Positions 36,501-48,413 of a stretch of 64,000 bases of DNA are shown one piece after another; within the stretch, counting starts at the first letter, position 1, and each line of letters starts with the position of its first letter. The stretch covers positions 40,548,001 to 40,612,000 of the forward strand of contig NC_092356.1 of NCBI RefSeq assembly GCF_963676685.1, in the 5' to 3' direction. The notes below the pieces were generated by a model. The model saw nothing but the letters and a program-made list of their open reading frames with translations. It was not told the origin of the DNA and made no database searches. A program made the translations under genes and the position numbers. Origin of the DNA: Mytilus edulis. Taxonomy: Eukaryota.

Positions 36501-38077
36501 AAACTGACAACAAAAAACGAACACTGAATAGACCAACGACCTTCTAGTAAATGATCATTAAATACACGAAATAGTGACAACTTTGCTTACAATGTCTGAT
36601 GAAAAAAAACAAAACCACATAATTTTAGCATTGTCTAATGAACCCTCAAGTTGAAATAAAGGTCAGATGTTACCAGCCAGTCAGATATGTACACGTTATT
36701 CCATAAACCAAATGTAGTTGACCTGATGCGTGTAGTATTGGAGATACTGACCTGACCATACAACTTTAACCTTTAACCTCAGCTGAACCCAACATGACGG
36801 ATTTGTAGATGTTGCTACAAATCCATTGTAAGTCAGTGTTTCACTCCACCAAAGAAACAGAATTTTTGTTCAAGCATCCACTGAACCATAAAAATGAGGT
36901 CCAGGAGAATGAAAATATGACTGACGGAAACTTCGTTACATAAGGTTTCTGTTTATAAATTAAGAAGCATCCGGACAAAGCTTTTTACAAATAATATACG
37001 CCATTGCTGATGATGGACTGTAATACTTATGTCTGACAGTCTGTGGTTCAAATTGGTTACAAGTAAGAAGAAAAGTGTCCATTTTACTAATTATACACAG
37101 GTTGTTTCAAATTTCATTCATGCACGTACACAAAAGGATTTAAAATCTACAATTTTAAAGCCCGTTATCCATTGGGTACAAACTCGAAGATTTTAATTTG
37201 GGCAGGTGGTGGTTCACTGTTGGGTATTTAACATTTGTGTTGATTAGTTTGATCGCAACCTCGCTTTGGTCTTTTCGAAATACGTCGGCAAGATTGCAGC
37301 AGACGAAAATTGGACGAGAAAATAATCTTCTTAAAAAAGTTGAAATAACACCTGAAATAGGTTTGATAAAGGGCTATAAGTTTATTTTGATATACGATAA
37401 AGACGGATTGATATCGATTTAATCCCGATGTCTTGAAATTTTAGTTAAAAACGACATTTAAAAACATACAAAAATTTAATGTGCAAATGAATGTCGAATT
37501 TAAGTAAACGGTCACAGCCAAAAATAAATCAAACCAAGATTGTGTTAGACATTATATTTTTATGCAATTTGAAAATGTGAAGGAATTTATAACTGTTATT
37601 GCCGTACTTTAGTGATATAAAGGGTTTTCAAATCAACCAAATATTTTCACAATGCAATTTTGAAATAGCTTATTGTCAGCATATAAATTGATGCAGTCGA
37701 TAACTTAGTTCATCTAAATACAGGACAAAAATGAGCAAAAAGTTGAGTGTTTCGACTCTATTTATTGACAAACTTGTAATGACAAACTTCCGGTTAACGG
37801 TGGGCATAAAAACCGAAACCGGCTTTGATAAACTCGTATGTTTCGGATTTGCACAAATGGCAAAACAATCATTTTAGTAAGTAGTAATTGATTCTTAGTT
37901 TATATATCCTGAGAATAACACGAAAGAGCAAACTATAGGCATATAATCGGAGAGAGATTTGTGAAATACGTATGTTTTTGGATATTCACTTTTAATATTT
38001 TATATATATATATATATAAGGTAAAGCACATGTATTTATTTGAATGAAGATAACACATACACTTTAAGTTTCAGATC

Positions 38078-40744
38078 ATGTATAGGAGGTCCGGCAGAAA
38101 AAGGGTGCCGACAAGCAGGGCAAATAATGGAGGCGCAGCGGCTGCTGCAAAGAAGTCGAAACAGCAACAGGAAGAGGCGACTGCTAATATTGCAGATAGA
38201 TTACCTAGGAATTTACCTAGAACAAGTGGAACACCACCTGTACAGCTCGGCTCAAACACAGTGACAACTAATGTACTACCACACAGTCCAATAATGATCC
38301 CAGCAACACTGCCAGCAGAAACAATTTACCCTTCTCCAGGTAATACAACATTACACCAACCCCTAATTAACACAGGTTATGCCTTACCCATTGAAACGGT
38401 TAAGGCGTCAGATGACATAGAGCGAAACGTATCGCAAAATGTCAAACAAAAAGTAATAAATGGGGAATATGTAGATATGGGCAGTTTGTTAAATAATTCA
38501 CAAAACATAACAGGAGTGAATCAAACACTTACATTTAATCAGGGACAGATTATATTACAACCTAAGCAACAGGATACAAGAATTAACACAATAGGTATAT
38601 GGACGGATGCCTTTTTAATATATATCAGTATTTATTGTACTATACATACATCTCAGTTCCAAGAACTGTTGAAGTATATGCAAACTGTCAGGTTAGGGGC
38701 TAAACGCTATGCAGGTTTAGGATGGAAATTGTATGATGAACAGTTTAGACTACGTAGATCACAGGAGCCTGCTGGATCCTGGTCTGTCATAGACACTGAG
38801 CTATGGTTATTGTATATGCAACCAGCAGGTCCAATTAATGGGCCAGAGTTCAATATTGCACAAAAACCAACAAACAATTTTCTTAAATGCTATGCATATA
38901 ATTATAATGGGACGTGCACCCAACAATATTGCACATACAAACATGCTTGTTTAAAATGCAGTGGGGTACATCCGGTTATATATTGCACTAATAGCAAAGT
39001 GACTAACTCTAATAATCCTCAGTCACCTGGGATTGTTCAGAGATTCAGATCAGCCCGGCCTCAAGCACCACAAAAACAGCATCTAATTTTCAACCCTTTG
39101 CTCCTAGGCAAATGCAAAATAACACAAGATTCCGTTCTCCTGGAGCATTTATGGGACAAAGGCAAAACCCCAGTCAAAATTAAATCTTTAAGAGAATTAC
39201 TGTCAAATTATGAAAACAAAACTGATGCAGCAATGTTATTATTGGGATTTATAGAGGGGTTTAGATTAAACTATACTGGTCCAAGGATCTCGAGTTTTGC
39301 AAGCAATCTCATTTCGGCAGAAGTTCACAAAACTGAAACAAATTTAAAATTACAAAAAGAAGTGCATCTGGGTAGAATGTTGGGCCCCTTTTCAAAAATA
39401 CCTATTTCAACTTTAAGAATATCTCCTATTGGGGTAGTTTCAAAAAATGACGGTGGATGGCGTCTTATAACTCACTTGTCATATCCTCTAAACTGGAGTG
39501 TGAATGATTTCATTGATCCAGAAATTTGTAAAGTAAAGTATTCTTCTTTTGATAAAGTGGTTGGGATGATCTCTGAATTAGGAAATAACGTGCTTTGCGC
39601 AAAAATGGACATTAGTCAGGCCTTTAGAATTTTATTGGTTCACCCAGCTGATTTTGACCTTCTGGGAATTTTCTTTGATGGGAAATATTATATTAATAAA
39701 TGTCTGCCTGAAGGCTGTTCTATATCATGTGCCCTCTTTGAAAAATTTGCCACTTTTTTGCATAAAACAGTTGCATTGAAAGCTGGCATTGAGACTTTAG
39801 ACCACTATTTGGATGACTTTTTCTTTGCTGGTGAAAGTTCAACGGATAATTGTACCATTTTGATGGACACTTTTAATGAAGTATGTAGGCAGCTAGGTGT
39901 TCCACTAGCAGAGAATAAAACAGTAGGTCCTACCACATGTATCACATTTTTAGGCCTTGAAATTGACACAGTACTTATGTTGGTTAGAATCCCCCCTGAA
40001 AAACTGGATAAACTTAAATTTATGCTTGATCAGGTCTTGTCGAAAAAGAAAATGGCACTGAAGGAACTTGAATCAATTACTGGTTTAATGGCATTTTGTT
40101 CAAGGGCTATTATATCAGCCCGTGCTTTTATTCGTCGTTTTTACGATTTGATAGCTTCAGTTAAGAATGGAAAGCCTTATTATACTGTCAGATTGAATTC
40201 AGAGGTCAAAGCAGATGCTAGAGTTTGGCTAAATTTTCTAGATCAATTCAATGGTCAGTGTTATTTTCCTGATAGATTTTGGTCGACTAATGAAAGTCTG
40301 GAATTATTCACTGATAGTGTAGGTAATGTTTTATTAGGTCACTGGGTACAATACCAGTGGCCAAGTAGTTGGGCTGATACTAGCATTTTATTGGATATAA
40401 CATGTTTGGAGCTTATTCCCATCGTGCTGTCGTTCATGATATGGGGTCGTTCATTTAGAAATAAAAAGATTCTGTTGAGAATAGATAATCAGGCATTAGT
40501 AAGCATTGTGAACAAAAGAACATCAAAATCAAAGAGAGTTATGATATTGATAAGACAACTAGTTTTTCTCACTAGCAATAACATACAATTTAGGGCACAA
40601 CATATTGAGGGTGAGCATAATGCAATCGCAGATGCTCTTTCTCGATTTCAGGAACAACGTTTTATGGACTTGGTCCCGAATGCAGACAGTTCTCCAGCAG
40701 CAATCCCACAAGAATTCCTGTCGATGATTTCAGAACTGAAATGA
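38078..40744 (+). CDS. Ngaro Gag + reverse transcriptase/RNase H (one 888-aa frame in this copy)
   Basis: GWKLYDEQFR and a Cys/His finger (Gag); ISPIGVV.K, RLITHLSYP, KMDISQAFR, HYLDDFFF (RT); FTDS, LEL, IDN, NAIADALSR (RNase H). Confidence 0.93.
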   Translation: MYRRSGRKRVPTSRANNGGAAAAAKKSKQQQEEATANIADRLPRNLPRTSGTPPVQLGSNTVTTNVLPHSPIMIPATLPAETIYPSPGNTTLHQPLINTGYALPIETVKASDDIERNVSQNVKQKVINGEYVDMGSLLNNSQNITGVNQTLTFNQGQIILQPKQQDTRINTIGIWTDAFLIYISIYCTIHTSQFQELLKYMQTVRLGAKRYAGLGWKLYDEQFRLRRSQEPAGSWSVIDTELWLLYMQPAGPINGPEFNIAQKPTNNFLKCYAYNYNGTCTQQYCTYKHACLKCSGVHPVIYCTNSKVTNSNNPQSPGIVQRFRSARPQAPQKQHLIFNPLLLGKCKITQDSVLLEHLWDKGKTPVKIKSLRELLSNYENKTDAAMLLLGFIEGFRLNYTGPRISSFASNLISAEVHKTETNLKLQKEVHLGRMLGPFSKIPISTLRISPIGVVSKNDGGWRLITHLSYPLNWSVNDFIDPEICKVKYSSFDKVVGMISELGNNVLCAKMDISQAFRILLVHPADFDLLGIFFDGKYYINKCLPEGCSISCALFEKFATFLHKTVALKAGIETLDHYLDDFFFAGESSTDNCTILMDTFNEVCRQLGVPLAENKTVGPTTCITFLGLEIDTVLMLVRIPPEKLDKLKFMLDQVLSKKKMALKELESITGLMAFCSRAIISARAFIRRFYDLIASVKNGKPYYTVRLNSEVKADARVWLNFLDQFNGQCYFPDRFWSTNESLELFTDSVGNVLLGHWVQYQWPSSWADTSILLDITCLELIPIVLSFMIWGRSFRNKKILLRIDNQALVSIVNKRTSKSKRVMILIRQLVFLTSNNIQFRAQHIEGEHNAIADALSRFQEQRFMDLVPNADSSPAAIPQEFLSMISELK

Positions 40745-41625
40745 ATCATTTACTTATAAATTCATTAGCACCCAGTACACAGAAAGCATATTTGCATAGC
40801 ATGGACATATTTGTTAAATTCAGAGAAAATCATGGTTTTTCTGATGTCTGGCCTATTCCGCTTGATGACTTGACATCATTCATTGTTTATATGTTTAGAA
40901 AGAAATTGTCCCACTCAACAGTATCTGGCTATATTTCAGGCTTAAGTTACTTTAATAAAATCAACAATTTAGAAGACAATACACAGAAATTTGTTGTCAG
41001 AAAATTGATTGAAGGAATAAAAAGGTTGGGGGGCCCAAATCAAAAGGACACTAGATTACCCATAACGAGAGATATATTGGAAAAATTATTGAGGTCACTG
41101 GCGGTGATTTGCAAAAACGGGTATGAGACAAAACTGTTTATGGCTTCATTTTCGCTAGCCTTTCATGGTTTTATGAGAGTAGGTGAAATAACAGTTGATT
41201 GTAAAAATAAGCAGATGCATACTGTAAAATTTGAAAATATAAAGCTTTGTGATGCAAGATTAGAGGTTTTATTGACGTCATCTAAAACTGATCAGTTTGG
41301 TTCTGGAACAACAATGGTTATTTCTAAGCAGAAAAACAAAAATGTATGTCCAGTACAAATAATGGCTAATTTTATTAAAGTTCGCCCACCTTATCTGGGA
41401 CCTTTATTTTGTCATTTTGATGGATCCCTCCTTACAAGATACCAGTTTTCAGCATTATTAAAAAGGTCTCTGTCAGTAATTGGTATAGAAAACAATGGAT
41501 TTAAGTCCCATTCCTTAAGAATTGGCATGGCAACTACATGCGCATTAGAAGGTATTTCTGATGAACAAATTAAAGAAATGGGACGTTGGAAGTCACAGGC
41601 CTTTTTGCGTTACATTAGGATTTAA
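40741..41625 (+). CDS. Tyrosine recombinase
   Basis: Intact R-K-HxxR-W-Y set: FMRVGE, SKTDQ, SHSLRIG, GRWKSQAFLRYIR; ATGA overlap with the RT stop. Confidence 0.95.
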   Translation: MNHLLINSLAPSTQKAYLHSMDIFVKFRENHGFSDVWPIPLDDLTSFIVYMFRKKLSHSTVSGYISGLSYFNKINNLEDNTQKFVVRKLIEGIKRLGGPNQKDTRLPITRDILEKLLRSLAVICKNGYETKLFMASFSLAFHGFMRVGEITVDCKNKQMHTVKFENIKLCDARLEVLLTSSKTDQFGSGTTMVISKQKNKNVCPVQIMANFIKVRPPYLGPLFCHFDGSLLTRYQFSALLKRSLSVIGIENNGFKSHSLRIGMATTCALEGISDEQIKEMGRWKSQAFLRYIRI

Positions 41626-41792
41626 ATGCCTGAACATCATATATGTACATTTATTTGTGTAAATATGTTTCTATATTTGCTTATTTTGTAATGCAGTCTT
41701 GAGCTGGCATTTAAATAATATTGTATTATGTAAATAAATGGTATGTCCTGCATCAATATAAGCAAGTAATAATTGCTTTCTAAGAATTGCAG

Positions 41793-42396
41793 GACATGCT
41801 ACAGTTTGGATCGTTGGATCCTCGATTATTAAGCATGCCTTTGGGGAAGCCAGAGGAAGACCGGGAGGGGTAAACTTGGGGCTGCAGAGGAGATGGGAGT
41901 AAATATTTGGTGGCAGGGAAAATGTGGAGGTAAAGTGCTGGACATGAAACAACAAATAAGAACCATGTTAAAATATGAAGATCCGCCAACTATATTAGTT
42001 TTACATATTGGAGGCAATGATATAGGGGAAAAAAGTTCAAAAACTCTTTGTGAACTAATAAGGAAACAGTTCAGTTGGATGCGTCAACTGATGTTGGACA
42101 CAGTTTTTGTCTGGTCTCAAATTATTCCGAGATCAAGTTGGCGTTACTCTGACAATATTAATGCCATGGAAAAATGTAGAATGAGGGTTAATACCTCTAT
42201 AGCATCATTTTTAACCAAAACAGATGGTTGTTACCTCCGTTACCCTGATATAAAGGCTAATGAATTATTCTTAATGAAAGATGGAGTGCATTTGACGTCT
42301 TTGGGAAATAACATTTTTTTGAATACCCTCCAGGGAGGATTAGAAATGATCATCAGGAATCTTGGCATTAATTTAACCTTCCCCGACTGTAATTAG
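41793..42396 (+). pseudogene. SGNH/GDSL hydrolase ORF of the Ngaro element, frameshifted at ~41890
   Basis: Block I VWIVGSS at 41804-41824 is in a different frame from block III HIGGND and block V DGVHL (ORF 41893-42396). Confidence 0.85.
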
Positions 42397-45300
42397 ATAC
42401 AACTGTTATGTTAACATTTTATATCTGACGTTTCAAGTAAGTTACTAGGAAGTAACTTGAAAGTTAATATATTAAACTGTATTTGGCACAGCTTCGCGCA
42501 GCTACACCCCCTCTTTTCAGTGGCGGTTGTCCAATCAGATCAAGTTGTTACCCTGATCTTATCGGACAATTTGGCACATTTCGCTGCGCTGGATTTAACA
42601 TTCATATATTCAGTGAACAGTAATGATAGCCTCTGATTACCAGGGCTCATCAGTCAACTTCTCGTACCAGACATATTACTTAAATATATTTATATTAGTG
42701 GTCTGCCATAATTTGCGGTAGCCACATTATAATTTACATATATATTAAATACAGACATTGATAAATATATTTCAGAGCAAGATTGCCAATTTAAATACAT
42801 ATTATATATCATATATGTTATATTTTATTCAAGATAAAGCTGTGGCCAAATACTGCCAAAACCTTATTATCTATTTGTTATGTTTTGGGCCTCGAGGATA
42901 AAAGGATTTAAAATCTACAATTTTAAAGCCCGTTATCCATTGGGTACAAACTCGAAGATTTTAATTTGGGCAGGTGGTGGTTCACTGTTGGGTATTTAAC
43001 ATTTGTGTTGATTAGTTTGATCGCAACCTCGCTTTGGTCTTTTCGAAATACGTCGGCAAGATTGCAGCAGACGAAAATTGGACGAGAAAATAATCTTCTT
43101 AAAAAACCCACCACCCTCCCAATGTAAATTAATTTTGTGTTACATGTGTATTTGTTCTGAATGGAAGTAAGAAACCAGATACTGCTTTTAAGTTTATATT
43201 TCAGCTTATTTCTGCTAATGGTACTGAGATGGGAGAGAAGGAGACAACTAGTGAACACAATGTAGATGTAAAAGTGGACATTGGCAGAGCACATTTGGCA
43301 CATTTCGCTGCGCTGGATTTAACATTCATATATTCAGTGAACAGTAGTGATAGCCTCTGATTACCAGGGCTCATCAGTCAACTTCTCGTACCAGACATAT
43401 TACTTAAATATATTTATATTAGTGGTCTGCCATAATTTGCGGTAGCCACATTATAATTTACATATATATTAAATACAGACATTGATAAATATATTTCAGA
43501 GCAAGATTGCCAATTTAAATACATATTATATATCATATATGTTATATTTTATTCAAGATAAAGCTGTGGCCAAATACTGCCAAAACCTTATTATCTATTT
43601 GTTATGTTTTGGGCCTCGAGGATAATCATGAGATACTGATGAAACACTCCCATAATTCTTGTCATCTGCTCGAGTTCAGAATTCTATAACATTTTAAAAA
43701 CTTAATCTGAACGACCTGCATGTTACATGGCTTAATCTTAACTATGAGTATCCCATTCCACCATCAAAAACCTTGCTAAAATGAGCATCTATTGGACTGT
43801 ACTGGATGTATACATATGCAGCTAAAACATCAAGATGTGAACTTTTTATCTGATTGCATTATTTCGGAATAGAGCAAGTTGTAACATGTGTAAGTTATAA
43901 GAACCATTGCAACAACTCCAGTCAGTATATTGAGCAATGATGTAAATATTATTTAGTTTGGATCAATTTGTATTGTGGCTTGTATAGGATGAATGAAAAA
44001 AATAAGATATATTGCTGTAAGTTGGGTTGAATAATGAATATTTGTTTTCATGAGAATACTTAAAACATTTGAAACAGGACAATGACCTTGTAAGTTAAAA
44101 AAATGCAGGTTTCAAGTTGAAACAATAATTTTTGAGAATACTTTGAAATATATTCATTTATACCTAAATACTTTTACGCCGTTACTCAAATTTAAGGATA
44201 AATCATTATAGCGTTAGCAATATTGGTTGAGCCTGCGTTTGAAGGTCATTCTGTCCATCACAATTGATGTGTGGTAACCTTCTCTTAAAGTTTTTTTTTA
44301 TATACTTACAATCGACTGGACATGTTATTTTTCAACAAATTCCTTACTTTTAGTTACTTCTTTAATATTCTCTAATGCTTTAATCGCTTTATCAAGCATA
44401 AAGTAACACGTTTCTAATGTATTTGCGATATATCGTTATATACAATGCTTAAAGAAGTCATCTTTTGAACAATATTAAAAGGCTAGGAATCTATAATTCT
44501 GAATTTACATTAAAACTTCTGTGAAATAAACTAAACAATAACGAATGATGTTAATGTCAAATTTAGAGGGAGCGTGAATTTTATGTTCTACCACGGATTG
44601 TTACAATTACTCTTATACACATTTCTATTTTATACAAGTTTATTTACACATTATATGAGAGTCTTTGTTATACATGCACATGTCATTTTTTACATTTTCG
44701 CATATTAGAGTTTTCTTACGAATTGAAGAAAGGTACGTACGCTTGACGAATCATACGTAAGACTCGTTTTAGGGATCCTTTATTTTGGCATATTTAAATT
44801 ATAGTCCAGGAACTTCGGACCATTAACCTACTTGCAACGACACTTACAATGAATTTTTCTTGAGATAGAAAAAACATAAACTTCCTTGATTCAATATTTG
44901 CAACGCCCAGAATAATAAAATGAAGAAAAAAAGATGACCATCATACTATGCCATATGCTGGAGCTCGTTTAATAACTTGTGAATCATCGCCTCTCTGAGT
45001 AATATTCATTGGGCCCCTTAGTGTGTCTATATGATACACGTACCAGAGTTAGGCTCTCCTATGGAATCGTTATTTTAGCGTATAGTTGCGTTTTGCCTAC
45101 AGTCCAGAACATTCATAAAATATAAGTCACTGGACGTTCGCGTCTATCTTCCAAGCATGTGTACTGTTAGATCGTCTTTCTAAAATCCACAAGATATATG
45201 ATGCAAAATTGTAGATTTATTTTCTTCATATACCTTTAGGAGTTTAAATGTGTATGTAATTGAACAAAACGATCTACATGTATATAATTAGCTGATCTAT

Positions 45301-45880
45301 GATTAAAGCTCAAGGGCAGATTTAGGAATGATTCGCACAAGAGAACATTTACTCAACCGACACATTCCTAGCCTCCAATTCTCGATCTTTTCCTCAATCT
45401 ATTAAATACAATTAAGTCAGAAAGATAGAGAGAAAGACGATTTACTTTTCCAAAACACCCAAGTTTTTTGTTTTTGCTTTGAGTGTAAGGGAACCATCAA
45501 TTCACTTCAAGAGTGTTATGCTTTTTTACTTTAAAAATATTCTGGTTCCCAATTTGACCGAAAAAAATGTTGTGGTCAAGCAGATTACAAACAAAATCTG
45601 AATCCAGATTTTCCCTTCACCTTATAGTGTTTAAATTTTGATAAAAATAATTGATTAATAGCGTCGAAAAACTAAGAAAAAAAAAACATAACCCCCTCCC
45701 CTTTTGAAGTTCAATGGTTGCTACCATAACTTTGTTTTTATTCTTTTTCACCCATTGTATACTTGTTTAATAGTGTAAACTTTGTAACGTTAATATTAAA
45801 CTAAATTTACAATTAAAGTTATGGTTTCAATGTATCCCCTGCGATCACAAGAGGTAAATTACCTTTATAACATTAATAGA

Positions 45881-46615
45881 AAACTAGATGTGTCAAAGCG
45901 ACACGAATGGCCCCGTCCCAAAAAGTTGAAAAATCTGCAATTTCAATATAAACATATGTGGACACAAACATGATGGTAGTCTCACATATGAAAAATCAGG
46001 TCAAAATCTGGAGGCGTATTTAAACAAAACACGTATAACTGTGATTTCAATAATTTATCAAAGTCCAAAGCCCGTAATTTCAGCAAATATTAGCGGAGCG
46101 GAACGAAACTTAAAATTGACATGTAACGCATCATTGTTAACTCACATCCGCCCAATATCTGAAGGCATTTAGAAAAAACCCGTATAACTGTGATTTTCAT
46201 CTATTTCTCATAGTCCAAAGCCCGTAATTTCGGCAAAAAATAGTAGAGCGGAACGAAACCTAAACTTGATCTGTAACTCTGTAAAAAAAAATCAGCCCAA
46301 TATCTGAAGGCGTTTAGAAAAAAGTCCGAATAATTGTGATTTTCAACAATTTCTCAAAGCCCAAAGCCAGTAATTTTGTCAAAAACTAGTGGAGCGGAAC
46401 GAAACTTAAACTTGATCTGTAACTCATCATGGTTAACTTGCATACCAAAAATCAGCCCAATATCTGAAGGCGTTTAGAAAAAAAACTGCGTATAATGGTT
46501 TTTTGCGGAATGACGGAATGACAGAATAACGGAATTACGGAATTACTGAATTTCGGAATTTTGGACAAGGGTAAAACTATATGGCACCGACAACTTCGTT
46601 GCGGGGACATTAAAA
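45881..46615 (-). mobile_element. HINE-type element with ~150-bp internal tandem units
   Basis: Minus strand: tttaatgtccccg...(ccgt/attccg microsatellite)...three units (agtccaaagcccgtaatttc at ~46062, 46212, 46359 on +)...cggggcca, hairpin gtgtc-gcttt-gacac, ctagtt. Confidence 0.8.
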
Positions 46616-48413
46616 CTTGATCACAAAATCTGTTTTTCTAGATTTATTTCACATTACTTTTTCAAAATCTGTTTTTCTAGATTGATTTTACATTACTTTT
46701 TCAAAACTTTGCAACATCGTTGTTTTGCAAATCTCGATATTCCAAGTTGACAATTTGCTGATAGTGTACCATAAAAAATAAAATAAATTATAATCTTTGC
46801 CTTTTAATCTAGACTAACGTACTTCAACTATGCCATTAAAATTTTAATCGTGAAACTCGTGCTTAAACAAATCTCGCGGAAATGTGTGTACTCATGGTTC
46901 ACGTAAGTAACGTGTCGGGCGTAAGTATATTTGACACTATTTTTCTTTATTTTCTAATATATAAAAACGTGTATTATTTGCGATATGCTTATTTTTGAAA
47001 GATAAATTTGATTTAGAAAAGAATGCTGTTTTACCGGATAAAACAGAGACTCTAACTTGTTATTTCGGAAATGTAATACGTGTTCCCTTTACGTTCGTTC
47101 GTACCTTTCGTCAATTTGTAAGAAAGCTCTATTGATTCTAATAAAAGAGGCGAAAGATACCAGAGGGACTTTCAAACTCGGGTGGTATATGGTGCTCTGG
47201 AAGGGTAAGCAATCACTTTCTCACGTGTGGCACCCGTCGTGTAGTTCGTGTCAGTACAAACTCGGTAAATAGTCGAATACGGTAAGTCACATTCGTGAAA
47301 AGGGAACGGGATTGTAATAACGACATCAGATACACTCGATATCATATGTTGAACGGTTATTCGATAACAGTTAACCAACTCAAACTTACGAGGGGGTGTG
47401 TCAACTTCATCATTTGGAACTCTTGGTTTAATGGCTCCGTTGTGAGCAGTAACCCTCTATCATGGAAATCATTATAGGAAACACAACCCCAGGAATATCG
47501 AAGACAGGTTAGACATAACAACTGATTAGTTACACTGCTTTGTTATGTTTATTAGAGATCTTTTTTATATATTTATTCTACTTGATCATATGAAATACAA
47601 GTCATGACACTGTGAATACACCAATGGTAATGATAACTAAAAGTGTTTATAAAAGAAATTAGAAAATCAAAACCAAATCATCGAAGATGTATTGTGCAAG
47701 ATTTATAAACGTGTCATTCACAACTTTCACATATGATATGCATATCGTTTTCTTTAAAATCGAACGATACTTCAAATATTCGAGGCAGTTAATAAAATCG
47801 AATTTTATCATAAATGCCAAACACACTATTTGTGAATGTTTTAATGGGTATTGAACTACAAAAGACACCATTATAACAATTTTGCGGTCTTAAATTAACC
47901 CGCATCAGACAATTACACTAGCTCCTTCTTTTCTAAGCTGCCTGTTTCAGGAAAAATCTTACTGCACACAAATGTGTAGTATATAAATGTTACTCGATGC
48001 CGCTTAACTGGTTTTCCATTCAATCTGAAATTTGACATTCTAAACATTAGTGCCAATATATCATTATGGCATCCATTTCTATTTGGGGAGTGGTGGGGTT
48101 GACATACCAGTATCGTTTGGATATTTGTCAATCGAGAAGACCGTATGTACAGTCTTTCTTGTCATTGTATTTCGGTCTGGTTTCCTAATACTGCTCAAAT
48201 ATCCCCTCAAATGTACCAAAATAATTCATGATTACTATTACTGTCACCATTGATACTACATATCAATAAAAATGAGGTAAATTTGCATTTGAGGAGCAAT
48301 ATAATAAGAAAGGTATTACACATCGTAAGCAGTATTTTAACATTCTGAAATATAATATTTCTACTTTTTATTGGCATCTGATTTATTAAAAAGCAGAGTA
48401 TAATGTTGTATTG

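Larger units (their letters stand above)
37132..43625 (+). mobile_element. Full-length Ngaro-type (DIRS order) tyrosine-recombinase retrotransposon
   Basis: Split direct repeats A1 (37132-37338)...B1 (42569-42901) A2 (42900-43106) spacer B2 (43293-43625); gag/RT/RH, YR and SGNH hydrolase ORFs; no TSD. Confidence 0.95.

Noticed and set aside
42620-42660. ctgatga-containing hairpin in Ngaro B repeats (minus strand) as a hammerhead or SECIS
   Set aside because: No GAAA box after the stem and no tandem GA quartet.
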